In this document: in pieces, positions 62,137 through 64,000 of the stretch
Numbering within the stretch: the stretch's first letter is position 1
Layout of the letters: each line of letters starts with the position of its first letter
NCBI GenBank assembly: GCA_019358915.1
Contig: JAHHIM010000003.1
Span: 1-64,000 of the forward strand
DNA length: 64,000 bases
Direction of reading: 5' to 3'
From: Trichormus sp. ATA11-4-KO1
Lineage (GTDB): Bacteria > Cyanobacteriota > Cyanobacteriia > Cyanobacteriales > Nostocaceae
The notes under the pieces: model-generated
What the model was told of the DNA's origin: nothing
The model's input: the letters and a program-made list of their open reading frames with translations, nothing else
The model's database searches: none
Position numbers and translations under genes: made by a program

Positions 62137-64000
62137 TTATTTTCCTAAACCCAATCTATCGAGAATGAAAGCATACTCAAAAGCCAGTTCTCGCAAACTT
62201 TCATAACGTCCAGATGCGCCGCTATGTCCTGCACCCATGTTGGTTTTCAGCAACAAAATATGATTATCTGTTTTCAATTCTCGGAGTTTGGCTGTCCATT
62301 TGGCAGGTTCCCAATATTTGACGCGAGAATCGTTTAAGCCGGCTGTAATCAATAAATCTGGGTAGTCTTTGGCTGCAACGTTATCGTAGGGTGAGTAAGA
62401 TTTCATGTAGTCATAATAAACTTTGTCGTTGGGATTTCCCCATTCTTCCCATTCCATTGCTGATAGGGGTAGAGATGTATCTAGGATTGTCGTTACTACG
62501 TCTACAAAGGGGACATTGGCGACTACTGCTTTAAATAATTCGGGACGCATGTTGATGACTGCACCCATTAATAAACCGCCTGCACTACCGCCGGTAATTG
62601 CCAGGCGATCGCTTGCTGTCCAACCTTCCGTAATTAAATACTCGGCACAGGCGATAAAATCTGTAAAGGTGTTCTTTTTCTGTAAAAATTTACCCTCTTC
62701 ATACCACTTTCTTCCCATTTCTTCACCACCGCGAATATGAGCAATAGCAAAGACTGCTCCCCGGTCTAGCAATGTCAATCGCGTTGATGAAAATGATGCT
62801 GGGTAAGAAGAACCATAAGCACCATATCCTGTCAGTAACAAAGGATTTTTACCATCTTTTTTCATTCCTTGTTTGTAAACAATAGATATGGGAATCTTCG
62901 TACCATCGGGTGCAGTAGCCATCAGCCACTCACTCTGATATTCATTTTTATTGTAGCCACCTAGAACTTCTGTCTGCTTTTTTAATTCCCTCTGATTTGT
63001 TTCCATATTGTAATCAAAAACAGACGGCGGAGTAATTAAAGAGGTGTAATGAAAGCGCAAAATATTAGTATTAAATTCAGGGTTATTGCCTTCATAAATT
63101 TCATATGTTGGCTCAGGAAAAATAATATTATTTTCCTCACTTGTCGATAAATTTTGCACCCTTGCCGTGGGCAATCCGCCCTTTCTTTCATAAATTACCA
63201 AGTGATTAGCAAAAAGGCTCACCCCTAATAACAGAACATCTTCTCTATGGGGAATTATCGTTTGCCAATTTTCTGGGGATGGGGAAGTTACAGGTGTTTT
63301 CACCAATTTAAAGTTAATAGCTTTGTCATTGGTAACGATATAGAAGTCATCGCTGTGATGTTCAACATCGTATTCTATTCCTGTAGTGCGTGGGCGAATT
63401 ATTTGAAAATTACTTTGGGGATGATTAGCATTTAAATAGTGTACTTCTGTAGTAATGCTACTTTGTAAGGTCATTAATATATATGCTTGGCTGCGGGTTT
63501 TTTCAACATATAAATGATAAATATCATCCATTTCCTGATAAATTAGCACATCTTCATGAGGAGAAGTTCCTAAAGTGTGCCGTAGGAGTTGATAAGGACG
63601 GTTGGCATCATCAATTTTGGTGTAAAACCCTGTTTTATTATCATTGCCCCAAGCAAAAGAAAAATAAGTATCAGGAATTGTTTCTGCATATAACTCATGT
63701 GTATTCAAGTCAAGAAAACACAGTGTATATTGTTCAGAACCACTAGTATCCAATGAATAAGCTAAGATTTGATGATTAGGACTAATTGCAAATACACCTA
63801 ATTCAAAAAAATCATGTCCATCTGCTAATTCATTTTCATCTAGTAGCACTTCTTCGGGAGCGTCTAAGCTACCTTTTTTCCGGCAATGAATTGGATAAGC
63901 TTTGCCTTCTTCGGTGCGTGAATAATAATAATATTCATCTTTACGATATGGTACGGATAAATCTGTTTCTTTAATCCGCGCCAGCATTTCATTGTAGAGA
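62137..64000 (-). CDS. ptrB: Oligopeptidase B (S9A), 5' end beyond the window
   Basis: GYGAYG, HIRGGEEMG, GGSAGGLL nucleophile, DSRVKYWEPAKW, MGAGHSGASGR. Confidence 0.95.
   Translation of the reverse strand, partial: LYNEMLARIKETDLSVPYRKDEYYYYSRTEEGKAYPIHCRKKGSLDAPEEVLLDENELADGHDFFELGVFAISPNHQILAYSLDTSGSEQYTLCFLDLNTHELYAETIPDTYFSFAWGNDNKTGFYTKIDDANRPYQLLRHTLGTSPHEDVLIYQEMDDIYHLYVEKTRSQAYILMTLQSSITTEVHYLNANHPQSNFQIIRPRTTGIEYDVEHHSDDFYIVTNDKAINFKLVKTPVTSPSPENWQTIIPHREDVLLLGVSLFANHLVIYERKGGLPTARVQNLSTSEENNIIFPEPTYEIYEGNNPEFNTNILRFHYTSLITPPSVFDYNMETNQRELKKQTEVLGGYNKNEYQSEWLMATAPDGTKIPISIVYKQGMKKDGKNPLLLTGYGAYGSSYPASFSSTRLTLLDRGAVFAIAHIRGGEEMGRKWYEEGKFLQKKNTFTDFIACAEYLITEGWTASDRLAITGGSAGGLLMGAVINMRPELFKAVVANVPFVDVVTTILDTSLPLSAMEWEEWGNPNDKVYYDYMKSYSPYDNVAAKDYPDLLITAGLNDSRVKYWEPAKWTAKLRELKTDNHILLLKTNMGAGHSGASGRYESLRELAFEYAFILDRLGLGK

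Overview
Chromosomal segment of a filamentous, probably heterocyst-forming cyanobacterium (Nostocales-like: dense HIP1 GCGATCGC sites, STRR heptamers, SDR/REP-type small repeats). It carries mostly housekeeping and signalling genes (rph, dcd, alaS, dnaN with an upstream DnaA-box cluster = likely oriC, argD, tsaB, murF, dnaK, hsp20, ptrB, tRNA-Arg(CCG), a multi-GAF bilin photoreceptor kinase, a CHASE2 Ser/Thr kinase). The main accessory element is a nine-gene operon (41.9-51.4 kb) resembling a cyanobacterial (MPF_C-like) type IV secretion apparatus, with no relaxase, coupling protein or integrase in the window. Next to it is a 1.27-kb non-coding region holding two diverged ~204-bp repeats that look like structured small RNA genes. 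Other notable items: an orphan IS200/IS605 (TnpB) right end / omegaRNA-like remnant, a TetR-controlled cytochrome c'-beta(Met)-like + beta-propeller pair, a heme catalase, an iota-class carbonic anhydrase, an orphan double-glycine peptide precursor, a PLP-enzyme/sulfite oxidase/TauE operon, and several genes truncated at small repeat elements (Uma2, hsdM). All calls come from motif reading only; no database searches were run.
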